Below are positions 25,713 to 38,717 of a stretch of 64,000 nucleotides of DNA, one piece after another. The number at the start of each line of letters is the position of its first letter. Positions within the stretch are counted from its first letter, which is position 1. The notes under the pieces are model-generated. The model saw nothing but the letters and a program-made list of their open reading frames with translations. It did not search any database and was not told where the DNA came from. The DNA is from a virus. The position numbers and the translations under genes are program-made. The DNA lies in the IMG/VR virus record IMGVR_UViG_3300029267_002727, positions 33,715-97,714 of that record; one strand, given 5' to 3'.

Positions 25713-28700
25713 AGACTGATGATTACGATCGAAGACCTAACGAGAGAACTGGACCGACTCGAGAGCGAGGCGTACGGACTGAGCCTGGACGCAACGCCGG
25801 ATGAGTGCGATGTCATCTTCATCAAGGCCGACAACCTCTTCAGCGCCGTGGAGGAATACTTTGGAGTGAGCTATTGGAACCCAGGCGAGCCCTGGTGTAC
25901 CAATAGCCAGTTCAAGATCCCGGTGACTTCCACGGATGCGGGGAATAACGGCGGCCTGCGCACCTACGAAGAGGACAGGGCAGAGCGAGAAGCCTACGAT
26001 GCCGGCATCACCGAGCCGCTGCTTGACCACAACTTGTATTGGGCTCGCTTGCGCCTGGCCCAGGCCCACGACCTGATCGAGGACGGGTGGCAAAGTGCCG
26101 GCGAGGACTACGACGAGGTGAAGTTCGCGTGGGCTGGCGGCGAGTTTGCCCGGAACGACCTGCCGGAGTACTGCACATTCGCGACGGACGAGCAGATGGA
26201 GGAGATTGCGCGGCTGGCGGACGAGATCATGGAGAACGCCGGGCACCACTCTAGCGCAGTCCTGGAGTGCGCCGCCTACAACGTGATTGGCCACGAACTG
26301 GAAGATTTGGAGGTCTAATGGCATACGAGGATTCCGTAACTCACACAAACGTCTTCACTCACTATGAGCCTGGCGACCTGGTCGTGGCGTCATCGACACG
26401 CAGCCCGCTAGAGCGTGGTACCGTGTACGAGGTTCGGTGCTTTGTACCACCGTCACCCGGCGAGGATCACGGAGGCACGGTCTTTCTCGAAGGTGTTCGG
26501 TGGGGACAGAATGCCGAGTATGTGCGCCTACAGGAGGCCTAATGAACAACATTACGCTGCGCACCAAACTGAGCGATCGCAGTGAGCAGGCCCCGCTCTT
26601 TGAGTGGGATGCCTACAAGGTGTGGAAGGCAGAAGTTGACTACCTGATGAACGAGAAGGGGATGTCGGAGGAGGACGCGCAAGATCAGGCATCTCATCAC
26701 GACTGGGACCTGGAGGAGAGGGAGTGGCGCTGGCTGTGCGAGTGCGTCGAGGAGTGGATGGCAGACAACGACTTCTACCACTTCTACATGGAAGTGGGTA
26801 ACGTCGGGTGGCGCAAGCTCCATGGCAATACCACGTTTGCCGTAGACACCGGCGCACAGTTCCTTCGCAAGGTTGCGGCCATGGATCAATATGACCGCAT
26901 CACCCTGTACGAGAGCGGCAAGCCGGGCGACGATAACTACTACCTGTATGGCACTGTCAGTGAACACGACGGCACTGGCAGCCGGCAGGTCTACCCTGTT
27001 CCCGGGTGCTGGATCTGCGGCGAGCCCATTGCGCCTGGCGACGAAGGCTCGTTCGATGGCGGAGTGTGCCACAAGGACTGCGCGTACGCCGAGTTCGATG
27101 CCCTGATACAAAAGGAGCAGTACTACGAGTTCGACGAACTGCTCGCTGCGGCCATCGAGGCGTGCCCGGATCACACATACTCTAGCTATCAGGATCTGAC
27201 GCGCGCGCTGTTCGAGTACGGGTACGACTGGACGGACGACCTGTATGAATTTGCTGAGGAGCACAGGTTGTTCCCGCAGGCCGTGATCGACGCGGCCCGC
27301 GCAGCCATGAAAGAATTGGAGGCGAAATGGCGAGCCTGAGAGATTCTGTAACAGAAAAGATCCTTGCGGTGAAAGTCAGCCCAATGTTTATGGCGATTCT
27401 GGATTGCCTGCTGGACGTGGAGCCCCGGCGCACCGACCCCGGCCTTGTATCCCTGGTGATCACGAGCGACGGAGGATTGCTCGGACAGCAAGCCGACCAC
27501 GTGGGCTACAACGACTTCCTCGGCAGCAAGTCCGATCTGTACTACAATATCGACGGCATATCCGAGGTCGCGGAACTCACGAACGAAGAGTACGACTGGC
27601 TCCAAGAACGCGTGGAGGCGCTGTGCCGATGAAATATTTTGTCAGCCGACAGAGCTACTGGGGAGAGGAAGAACCCCTGGTCGTGGAGATCGCCCAGGGT
27701 GGCTGCGACTTCGCGGGCTCCGATATGCTCGCAGACGGACCCGAGTTCCGCAAGCTCGGAAGCTGTGAGGAGTACACCGACCCGCGCGAGGCATTGGCGG
27801 CAGCGTTTCGCATCAAAGAGGCATGGGAGCACATGCTCTACCTGGACGGGGATCACGATCCCGTACGCATCGAGACCGGATTCACCGCCGGATTCACCAT
27901 GCCGTTCACCAGCTACCCCTCCGACGACGATCTCAGGAAGTGGGCACAAGAAGAGTGGGACAAGCTGCCCAAGTGCGACTGGTGTGGCGAAGCAATCACC
28001 GGTGACGCGTGGATGCTCTGGGAGTATGTAGACTCCAAGTTCTGCTCTCAGTACTGCGCCGACGAGTTCTGGGCAGATCAACAAGAGGAGGAAGAGGCCG
28101 ATGACGAATTTTAAGCAGGACGAAACCCATTTGTACGGACGAAAGTGGGTCGAGCTTTGCGATATCGTGCACGACCTGAAGAGCCAGGAGGCGAGCGCGA
28201 TCAATAACGCCGGCAAAGAAGCCCAGATCGCGTACATTACCGGGCTGACCACAGACGATGTCGAGTACGTGATCCACCGGCTCCGGCTGATGGTGTATGA
28301 GCTAGGCGGCCCCGCCGAGCGGCGCCGGTCTGACGATCTCCTGGACAGCTTTGGACTGCTTAGCGACACGGTCACAAAGGCGCAAGCCGAGGCCCTGCGC
28401 GATCACCTGGAGATGATGGGCCGATGATCGTCGTGATGCACGCGACATACTGGACGATGAGCGCGGGCAGTGTAAAATGGCGACTGACGCCGAAGCAGTT
28501 CCAGGACTGGCAGCGCCTCTTTATTGAGTCGCGCTGCGAGATGGGATGGTTTCAGGGCGGCATAGCATTCAGAGTGGGGGTGCAGAATGTATAACATCAA
28601 AACCGAGATCGACGCGCTCGATGAAAGGACTGGAGAGAACGGGGACCAGTACACCGACTCTGGCCAGGCGTGGGATCTCCTGAACTGGATTCGCGGCCAG

Positions 28701-30742
28701 TTCGTAGGCCTGCGACCGGCCACCGGGAAAGAGCTACACACAGCCCTGGAACAGTACGGCACAGACGACGTCCAGTTCGACAACGACGCGATGGCATCGG
28801 ACAACGATGAAGGCGGCGTGTGGGTGCAGGCGTGGGTGTACTTGCGCCCGGAGGAGGACTGACATGCACGAATGGCTAGTTGAAACAATAGACGCGGACG
28901 ACCGCCCGGCAGGGCTGTGGCTAGTGGTGACGTATAATTACATCAGCGATCGATCAGCACTTGCCGACGCCATTCAGGCTGTCGCATGCTTGCTCGGTGA
29001 ATCTGACGCATGGAAAGAACGCTACGGCTACCCCGTCGAGTTTTCTGATCTTGCGGAACGCGCCACCCCTAGCACCCTGAATACATGCGGCATCTTGCGA
29101 ATCGAACGTACTTACCCGGCGCTCATCTACAATCACTATGAGCCCCTATCGGAACAGGAGGAACTCTAATGGCCACCGTTGTCAATCCGTTTGGTGAAGA
29201 GTACGAAGCAAGCCGCGTCCTGGTTCAGCGCACAGTGACCATGCTCATCGAGGCTGTCGTAGACCTGGACGATGACAGCCCGGAGCCCTGGACTGAAGAC
29301 GAGGACATCTCAGAAGAAGTAAATGATCAGGTCTCCCGCGCCCTGAGATACGCACGAGCCGCCGTGCCGCACTTCCAGATCGAGGTGTACAGCACCGACG
29401 ATCAGACCGTGGAGGCGGTCGATGGCTAACAACTATCTTCAGTTCTCAGTCCAGATCCTGCACCTTACACCGCAGGAGGAAGCGTACTGGCGAGGCGTGA
29501 TGCTCCGCCAGGAAAACGAGTACGACGAGGGCTACACCCTCAACTACAGCTTTAGGTTCTATGGCGACTACGTGATGCTTTACGCCGAAGAGTTTGGGGA
29601 CCTGGAGATCCTCGCGGACGACATCCAGATGTTCCTGAAGAAGTTCCGGCCCACCAAACGGATCGAGGTGGAGTGGGCCGAAACCTGCTCCAGCATGAGG
29701 CCGGGCGAGTTCGGCGGCGGAGCGCTGCTGATAACCTCATATCAGCAGTATTGGATGAGCACACAGAGCGCATTCGAGATCCTGAGCCGAGACGCCGACG
29801 CAACCGAGGTCGGCCTGGTGATACACACGGAGTAGGAGGCTTTTGATGCTTAACCCCAGAATCTGGTGCCTACTGGCTGACGAGACCGAGTACTGGCGCG
29901 ACGACTACCAGGCCGCCGCCGGTCGCCTGATCGGGATCTACCTGTACGACGAAAGGGAGATCACGCACCTGTGCGAGTTCATCGGCAGCTATTGCTGCTG
30001 GCACGTGGAGACGACCACACACAGGCACGTCACCGACGAGATGTGGGAGAACATCCGAGATGCCGACGCGGACGGCCCGGGTGTGGAATATCGCCACACC
30101 TACCAGGTCGATGCATGCCTGGAGATCAAGCAGGGGGACAAGTTCCCGGACGGCATGAAGATGGCCCGGTTCTTCCTCTGGGAGCTCACGGATGAAGAGT
30201 GGGCGGAATGCAAGGAAGAAAACCCGGAAGAGCCGCGCAGGGTGGCGATGGATGAGGCCCTGGAGTATGCCCGGGGCAATAGCCTGTATTAGGAGGCCTA
30301 ACATGCAAGAGTTCAGGATCGCAAACGTAGAGTTTCTGATGCAAGACAATTCCGTGGAAGCCTACAGTGAGCACGTCGAGAACTATGGCACAGTGACGCT
30401 ATACCGGGTACCCGTCGCCATTTCCATCGGCGGTGACTACTGGCTCAGCGCGTATACCGGCAGCACCCAGGAGTACCAGGATGGCGACGAGCCCAAGCTG
30501 AAAGACGCGGTCTTCTGCCTCGTGGACGAACTGGCGAGCGCCCTATTCGACCCGGACGAGTTCTATGAGACAGTCACGCAGGGCAAGCCGGACAGAGGCG
30601 CATTGCGCAACTCGCTCGACTTCCTCGACTTTGTAGAAGCGCACGATTTCGAGGTCGAGAGGATGATCGAGGAGATCTCTGGCGTTCCCGGCTGGCTCAA
30701 TAGGGGCAAGCTGGAAGAATACCTGAAGGACCTGTAACCGAT

Positions 30743-30790
30743 TTTGCATGGGGAAGTGTATCAGATTTTTCGGTGCGCTTCCCCTGCAAA
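30743..30790 (+). ncRNA. Long intergenic hairpin (possible RNase III-type processing site)
   Basis: About 21-bp stem with three U-G pairs that form only on the plus strand. Confidence 0.55.
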
Positions 30791-32009
30791 TTTCACCTGG
30801 AGGTAACGAGATGGAATGGGAGTGCCCCCACGATTGGCTGTACGACAAGATGAGGGAAAAGTTCGCTGAGGAGGACCGGCAGTGGATCAGGGTATTCTTC
30901 TGGAGCATGGCGTGCCAGCTTGGCGACGATCAGATCCGGGGCATCTTTGAGCGTGCGATGGACGCAGACGGATATTTCGAGGAGGTGGACGATGCCTGAG
31001 CTTCGACTCGAAGTTGCGGAGACGTTTCACGACTTCCAGTTGTACCTGGAAGACGACAGCGGCAACGTGCTGGACGCCGCGTGCATGGGTGACGGTGTAG
31101 ACGTTGAGTACGACGGCCGGACGGTCGGCAATGAAGGGTTCGTCGAGGCGTGGCAAAGAGACGTTGACGTTTATTTCAACGAGTACATGGAAGCGTACTT
31201 CCCCGACTGGATCGACTACGTAGGCGCCATGCGCCTGCCCGCAGACGTAGAAGAAATCTTCCGGGAGGCTGAATATGCCACGGACTAGATACAACGGCGC
31301 CGATGCAGACTATGTAACCGACGACCCGACCGGGCCGTGCGTCTTGTTCCACGCCCAGGAAGGCGACGCAATTCAAGACATCGACATAAGCCGCCACGGG
31401 GTGTACATCACGGGCCAGATCATGGACCGCGACAACTGGCACCCTATTGACACGCTGCCTGTGTATATCTCGATGGAGCAACTGCAACAGGCGCTGGCCT
31501 GGCTGGAGGACCAAGATGCGTAAGTTCACAGTATATCTGGGTAAAATTGACGGATACGGCAACGGCGTAAGGAATTGCCCCGTGGAGATCGAGGTCGAGT
31601 TACGCAAGCAGTCCGGTGTACATACCACCATCGACCTGAAAGAAATCGTCTGTCCTATCGAGCTCAGTATCGTCGGTGCCGCGTGGAATCACATCCACAC
31701 CAACTGGCTCTTTGGCGGACAGTGCTACGACACCATCATGGAATACTTCCCGGGCGATCCGCTCGTGGCAGAAATCGTCGAGGTGTGGCGGTATTGGCAC
31801 TTGAACGCCATGGTGGCCGGGACCAGGAAGCAAGAGCATTACCTGGCTACCTACGAAGGCGAACGCACGGGCGACTACACTGACGACTGTGAGATCTTGC
31901 GGCGCGCCGGCCTTCTCAAAGATCAATGGTACACCTATGGCACTGCGTGGCTGGTGGAGCCACTGCCGGACGACGTGATCGAACAGGTACTTTCTTGGGA
32001 GGAACAGAC

Positions 32010-32234
32010 ATGAGATGCCCCGAGTGCGGCGACACGAATATCAAGCGGGCTATCTTGCAAGAGACAGGCTTTGTCGAGTGGTGGAACGATGACGATCTCC
32101 TGGACTACGAGATGGGAGACGTGGGCGACATCGTGCGTATTTACTCTTACGAGTGCCTCTCTTGTGGACACAGGGATGAGGCCAGCGCCGGAGTCGAGGA
32201 AGAAGCTATGATCAAGGAATGGGAGGACGACTAA
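32010..32234 (+). CDS. Acidic zinc-ribbon protein, paralog A
   Basis: MRCPECG..IKRAILQE..YECLSCG. Confidence 0.7.
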   Translation: MRCPECGDTNIKRAILQETGFVEWWNDDDLLDYEMGDVGDIVRIYSYECLSCGHRDEASAGVEEEAMIKEWEDD

Positions 32235-32235
32235 G

Positions 32236-32451
32236 ATGAGATGCCCTAACTGTGGAAGCGAAGACATCAAGAAGGCCATCGTCCAGGAGGTGTACATCAA
32301 GGAGTTCTGGAGCGAGGGAGAGCGCGTCGGGTGGGACGCCGCCGACTTCGGGGACGAGCTCCGAGTGGTCGGCTACAAGTGCATCGACTGCGAGACGCAG
32401 GAATGGGTCGAGGACAACGAAGACGAAGTCGTAGAGAGATGGGAGGGCTAA
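32236..32451 (+). CDS. Acidic zinc-ribbon protein, paralog B
   Basis: MRCPNCG..IKKAIVQE..YKCIDCE. Confidence 0.7.
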   Translation: MRCPNCGSEDIKKAIVQEVYIKEFWSEGERVGWDAADFGDELRVVGYKCIDCETQEWVEDNEDEVVERWEG

Positions 32452-32678
32452 GATGTCTGAGTTCTACACTGCGACGGTCAAGATCCTGGTACGCGCAGGC
32501 AGTGTGGCGGAGGCCTGCGACGGAATGAGCGAGTTGCTGAGTGGCGCCATTGAGTCGGGGTACGACTTTGTGCAGGACTGGGGGTATCCCGAGCCCTACG
32601 ACCACCCAGCACCAATAGAGTGCAACCCCGATAGCCCGGACTACCAAGAGGGCGACTTTCTCTATATGGAGGGCTGAG

Positions 32679-33218
32679 ATGAACAAACTGGTCAAGCTGA
32701 TCGAAAAAGCGCAACAGGGTGAGATCGACCTACGGATAGACTGCGATGCGGGCTGCCATATGATCGAGGACGAGACCTACAACGCGCTCGAGGCCATTCT
32801 CTGTGTCGCAGAAGATGGATTGCCCCTCGAGGCGTACTATGCCGAGCCAGAGGCTGACGTGTACATGTCGGACCTGCACAGGTGGCTCCAGAACGACCGG
32901 TTCGCGCCCATGTGGTGCGAGAACGCTGTCAGCGAACTGGGCTGGGAAGGCGTGGGCAAGACGGTCGCCGGCATGCTCAATTGGGGACAGTACATGCAGA
33001 AGCGTCAGATCCACTACTGCGTCGTGGAAGCGCTCAAGAGGGAGCTCGAGGATCTCCCGGACGAGTACGTGATGTGGTGCAACGACTGCGACTGGATCGC
33101 GCACATCGAAGGAGAGCGAGAGGATGTGTGCCAGGTCTGCGGCAGCGAGAACCTCGAGTGGGATCTGTGGGAGCCTGAGTGGCAGGACGCCATCGACGAA
33201 TATGAGGAGGGCAAGTGA
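32679..33218 (+). CDS. Ocr-like acidic DNA-mimic candidate with C-terminal zinc ribbon
   Basis: ADVYMSDLHRWL..AVSELG..LNWGQY pattern; CNDC..CQVC. Confidence 0.5.
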   Translation: MNKLVKLIEKAQQGEIDLRIDCDAGCHMIEDETYNALEAILCVAEDGLPLEAYYAEPEADVYMSDLHRWLQNDRFAPMWCENAVSELGWEGVGKTVAGMLNWGQYMQKRQIHYCVVEALKRELEDLPDEYVMWCNDCDWIAHIEGEREDVCQVCGSENLEWDLWEPEWQDAIDEYEEGK

Positions 33219-33219
33219 G

Positions 33220-33654
33220 ATGAACGTGATCGTTGAACTCTCATACTCAGCATACGAGACAGGGGATGCGCCGAGCGCGGCACTGATAGACATCTCCAAA
33301 GACGCGGCCAGGCTATTCCTGGGCACCCTGGCCGACGCGCGCAAGTTGCGGCGGGACAATCCATCGGTCTATAATATCACCCTGTGGGCGTGGCCGCCCA
33401 TGCAACTCTTCTATAGCTGGGAAGATTGTGACACTCCGCTCGAGGGGGCCGTGTGGGATGAAGAGATCCCAGAAGGATCCATCGAGAGCGATTGGACAAT
33501 TCACTATATGGTGACAGACTGCGTGCTGTTCGACACGGACAACATCGGGGAAGACTATGTCCGCTTCCGTGGCGGGTTCTCGCACGGCCACCTCGAGTTT
33601 TGCAGCGCACGTATCTATCGCGATGTCCTCGAAGACATCGCAAGGAGTGAATGA
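33220..33654 (+). CDS. Hypothetical protein, paralog of 34682-35134
   Basis: L.DAR..P.VYNITLW ... VRFRG..EFCSARI.R..LE shared. Confidence 0.6.
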   Translation: MNVIVELSYSAYETGDAPSAALIDISKDAARLFLGTLADARKLRRDNPSVYNITLWAWPPMQLFYSWEDCDTPLEGAVWDEEIPEGSIESDWTIHYMVTDCVLFDTDNIGEDYVRFRGGFSHGHLEFCSARIYRDVLEDIARSE

Positions 33655-34681
33655 GATGCCATACGTGTATCAAGAACCAACGATATTCATGACACTCGGA
33701 CAGGCACTGCCAGGGCTGGAAGGCCCCGTGGACGTACACTACGCCTACAAGGATGGGTACGGGACCGACCCGATGCGCTATCACTACCAGGTCCTGGATG
33801 ACGACGGGGTGGATTTCGTCGCCTTTGATGTCCGGGAGGTGTGGCGCCACGTCCCGGCCGAGGATCTTGGCCTGGACATGGAAGATCGAGATGCGCACCG
33901 GACGATCCTGTGCATGGCGTACTTTGCCGCGCAGGGCCAAACCTTCGTGGAGTGGCTCGACTCGAACGCGCTCGCGTACGCGGGGGAGGGCTAAGATGAA
34001 CCACGAACTAACCAATATCGGGCCGTTCCGCTACGAACCGGTAAGCATAGAGAGCCACACTGGCGAACACAACACCTCGATGGAGATACGAGTCGATCTC
34101 GGTGGCAACAGTCGCGTTCTGCTTGCCGACGTATATCTCGAGTACAGCGAGGACGGCGAGGTTGTCCTGTACGTCTGGGACGAGCACCAGGTATTCGTTG
34201 GGGATCCCACCAGGATCGTTCTGATTAGGCATGTAGGTGACGCGATCGAGAAAGCATTGGAGGACACCGATGTATGACCCACGTGACGACCAGGAACTGC
34301 GCGATATGATCGAGGCCTCGCTCCGGGTACTGGATCCCGATGTTGTGTGCGACGAGGACGAGGACGTGAAATGGCTTATCGTCGCTGGCGATATCCCGGC
34401 AGGCATGGATCCAGCGGCAGCGGACGACGCTGGCTACGATGTGGTGTTCATCGACTACGAGATCGTCAGTGCGGACACCTACGGTGACGATGGCAAAGGC
34501 TACAACGTAGGGTGGACCATGACACGCTGGGGCGGCGAGATCCTCGCACAGTGTATGCCCTACAACTACACATCGCGAGTGTGGACGCGCAGCAAGGACG
34601 AGATCTACGCACGCGCTATCGACACGCTCGATACCCTCCGTTGGTGGGTGAACGGGCGCGAGTGGAATAACAGGGGGTGAA

Positions 34682-35134
34682 ATGTACGCGATCCTTGAAC
34701 TACAGACACAGAACGAGTTCGACGGCGTCCCCACTATCGGGGTTGTCAAGATCGGCCCCGGAGAAGCCAAGAGCCTCCTCAGCCACCTGGACAATGCACG
34801 GATGATAATGGGGCTTGTGCCAGATCTGTACCATATCACCGTGTGGGTCAACAGGGACTGGATGGGCCTGTGGGATGACGTAGACGAGCCGGAGTTTGAC
34901 TACCACGGAACCACCCTTACGCCCAACATCCCCACGGGAGACCCCGCGCTGGACTACTTTGGTAAAGAGGAAACTCTGAACTATCTCATCGTTGACTTCA
35001 TCGTCGGCAAACAGAAACCAGAATACGACGAGATTAGGTTCCGTGGCTGCACACACAGCAGTTGCTCGGAGTTCACTTCGTCCGCGATCGACAGGGAGGC
35101 CCTTGAATGGGCACTGGAGGAACAAGATGTCTAG
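34682..35134 (+). CDS. Hypothetical protein, paralog of 33220-33654
   Basis: LDNAR..PDLYHITVW ... IRFRG..EFTSSAIDREALE. Confidence 0.6.
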   Translation: MYAILELQTQNEFDGVPTIGVVKIGPGEAKSLLSHLDNARMIMGLVPDLYHITVWVNRDWMGLWDDVDEPEFDYHGTTLTPNIPTGDPALDYFGKEETLNYLIVDFIVGKQKPEYDEIRFRGCTHSSCSEFTSSAIDREALEWALEEQDV

Positions 35135-38100
35135 GCTTTACGTTTCTGCAATGGGCGACAACTCGGCCGAGGTTACCCGGCAAGGCCACCGGCGCGTCAG
35201 CGCGCACCCACGCGGCTACACGGGCGGCATTCGAGTGGATGGGTACGTAGACGGCGACTGGGACGTGTTCAGCGTGTGGATCACGGGCGGCAGCGGTGGA
35301 GCCGTTGGGGACGTGCTCGCCTTCCGTGTGCAATTCGACGCGCAACGTGCAGAGATCACCGACGTGGGCAGCGTCGTGATGGATGCGGTGATGGACATTC
35401 TCGACGAGGAGGAAGCATGATACACAAACTGGCAGTCGATCAAAGAGTGGCCCTGAAGGAGTACGCCGATAAGATCTCCGATGGCTTACCAGATGGATGG
35501 GTGAACTACGAGCGCGAACAGTATGGCACAGTCGCGTTCTCCATCGAGCTCCCGGGCCAGCCGGCGACAGCAGACACCTGCGAGTACATGGACACGGAGT
35601 ACCTGGCACTATTCCCGTATGCCGTGCCTGGAATTGTACACGTTGAAGGATACGATGCAGCCGTGGATTTCCTGAACACGCTGAGAGAGGGCCCAACGGT
35701 AGACTGGAAGAAGTGCATGGCCGTCTACCACACCGCCCACATCCAGGCATGGTGGGACGCGGTATCCACATTCCTGGGCGACGTGGACGTGGACGAGAAC
35801 GGCGTGCCCGTCATCCCCACCGAGGGAGACGGCGTGCCGTGGTGGCCTGATGAGTTGCGCGATTTCCAGCACGCCGACGCCGTGACCACGGTGGGGTACA
35901 CAGACGCACATGGCACGTACAGCAGTATCGAGCCGCCAGAGGATGAAGGGTGCCTGCCTTTCTGGTACTACTTCGACCACAACGAAGGAAAAGAAGTTGA
36001 CATTAACTATGTCCTCGAAGCCCAGAAACTCAATCCCCTGGAAGAGCTCCTGGCACTCGGAATGCTATACACCAGCGACAGCTTCGGCACCACTTATGCC
36101 TACGTGCAGACCGAGGTCGTTGGAGCCTGCTGGCTTAGGCCTGTCCCGGAGAACCTGGAGTATCTCGAAGCGACGGTGCAGTCAGAGGCGTTCGATCGCT
36201 ATTACACCACCTATAACGAGGACGGGGAAGACGACCACCCCATAGCAATCGCTGCGTTCCTGGACCGCGTAGAGCGGGCGCTGGGCGAGTGGCACTACCA
36301 CGAAGATGAATTGGCGGAGTATCAGGAAGAGATCGAGCAAGCCCGCAGAGATTACCTGGGAGGCGAACAATGAGGATTGCGGAATATAAATTGAAAGTGC
36401 GTGGCGAGCCGTGGGAAGAAACCCCGGTATTCGTCGAGGTGGACATCGACAGCGTAGAGGACATCATCCAGCAAGAAGCGCTCGAAGATGACTTTCAGAT
36501 GCCGGGGATCCCGTTCGCAGACCTGGCAGACGGGATCGCGAACGGCCTGGCCCGGGTGTACCAGTGCGAGGTGCGCTGGAACACGAAGGGGTCGTTCCAG
36601 GGCCATTACGTGGGTCGGGGCACGCGCGAGCCCGCCATCGAGGAAGAGGTCGAGTATAACGAGAGTGACTGGTGGAACTAGGAGGCACACGATGATCATG
36701 TACTACGCGCGCATTGACCCGATTGACGACGACACAGTTTTCTACATCTGCGACTCCCCCGAGGCCGCGGAAGAGGTGATCGCACGCTACGTGCAGGAAG
36801 AGTGGTACAAAGAGCTTGGCCCCATCCCAGAGGACAGATGGGAAGCTGTCGAAGCCTACTTCGAGAGCCACGGATGGTACGAGACGAGCCACATGGAGGT
36901 CACGACGATGCAGAATATCGGAAAGGAGTTTCCGCGATGAAAGTGATATGTGTCCACGCATTTGCGTGCCCGCGTAGCGGAGAATGCAAACACGCGGCCC
37001 CGCATGACGAGATCAGTACTTGCAGTAACGGATGCACGGAATATGATGACGCCTACTGTGCCCCACCCCTCTTCTATCTCACCGAGAAAGACCTATGCGA
37101 CAGGATCGAGGAGGTGCTCGGGCGCGAGCGCGGGCTGCATCTCCCCAACATCCTCACAGTAGACGAGTTCCAAAGCGTCGCCGAGGATGTGTACCAGCAA
37201 CTCATGAACGTGTGGAGGGAGGAGATGGACGAGGTGATCACCGAGGCGCTGGAGTTTGTCCAGTGCGCCCGAGGGGGCCTGTAGTGGACGAGAGATTTGA
37301 GGATCGCTACGAGCGAATGGAGATGAACGCCGCGCGGCTTGCCGAGGAGCAGGCCGCGCGCGGCGCCCTCCCCTGCCCCGACTGTGGGAGCGCGGACGGG
37401 ATGCAGTGGTACAGCAGAGAGGGAGTCCTGTTCGTGTACCAGAAGTGGCCCGAGGGCCTAATCCCCCTTGTGTGGTATCAGGTCAAGGGAGACGACCACT
37501 GCATGTACGCGCCGTGCCGGACGTGTAACCCGTTCGGTGTGATACCAGAGGGGTACGAGCCGGTGGAGTTGGCAAGCCTAGACGAGTGGCTGGAGAGTGA
37601 GTGCATGTGCCCGGACTGTGTCCGGGAAAGGAGTAACTGATGTACAGCAACGGAAAAGACCGCGGAACGTTCAACTTCTGGGTCCACAGCTTCCTCGACA
37701 GTGGCGGAGTCTGTGGCTACCACCACGACAGGGTCACCCCGCAGGAAGACGACGATCCCATGCAGGTCCATTTCGTAGGCAGCAAGATCGAGTACGCCAC
37801 CATTTCCCTGCCCCACTTCCTGAACCAGATCCTGGACGCCACCGACCCTGTCGCCATCGCCCTGGAAACCCTGCTGTATGCAGCGCCAGGCGACTCCTGG
37901 AACGATGCGGTGGAGTGGCTCCAAGAAAACCTATGGGAGGCGCTCGACCTGACGCTTGAGCACCAAGACAACTTCCGCGGGCTCGAAGTGGACGATGACA
38001 TCATGAAGGCCCTGGATGCCATCGACGCATGGCTAGAGGACGAGCCTGTCTTCGGCGCCGGGTTCTACACCTACAACAGTAAGAACAGCCTCGACCAGGA

Positions 38101-38652
38101 CTTTGCAGTATCCCTGCTCATCGGCAATGAGGAGTTCTACGGCGAGCAGTACGCGATCGTTCGCACACACAACGGATGCGATGCGCGCGGCGGGTTCTCA
38201 GAACCCGTCGTGGCACTGGTGAGAGACATCGAGTACTTCTACAGTTGGGAGGCCAACCTCTACTGCCCGGAGTGTCACGCGAGTTGGGAGTCCGAACACC
38301 AGTACATCCAAGACATGGAGCAGATCGGGTGGCCCACCCTGGACGACGTGGATCAGTGGGCAGCCCTGCTTGAGACGACTCAGCAATACGCGGCCGGCCA
38401 ACTGTCGTTCATGAAAGAGGAGCCGAAGTGGATACACACGATCTCCATGGACACTGCCGCAGACGTGATCGCCGCTCTGGACGAAGGCGCCGAGCTCGCG
38501 GACGCGTTTCCCCAGGCCCTGGTGAATGGCGTAGCGCCGACCGGCCGGTTCAGTGAGGCGGACGCCGGCGACACGCTGCTGCTGTGCCCAAACTGCCTCC
38601 GATTCTCTGCCTACGTCAGCAGCACGGTAGCCTACGGGTTCTGAACTGGGGC

Positions 38653-38682
38653 CTTGACATCCGTTAAGTCTTGTGGTACACT
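38653..38682 (+). promoter_or_regulatory. Sigma70 promoter with putative operator
   Basis: TTGACA-17-TACACT with extended -10 TG; CTTGAC-atcc-GTTAAG. Confidence 0.8.
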
Positions 38683-38717
38683 TGGAAAGTAAGTAAAAAA
38701 CCATCAAGGAGTGTACC

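Larger units (their letters stand above)
23837..38644 (+). other. About 15-kb operon of roughly 40 small, mostly acidic hypothetical genes (host-takeover/anti-defence-like region)
   Basis: Uninterrupted coupled ORFs rich in D/E/W/Y between two promoters. Confidence 0.65.
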
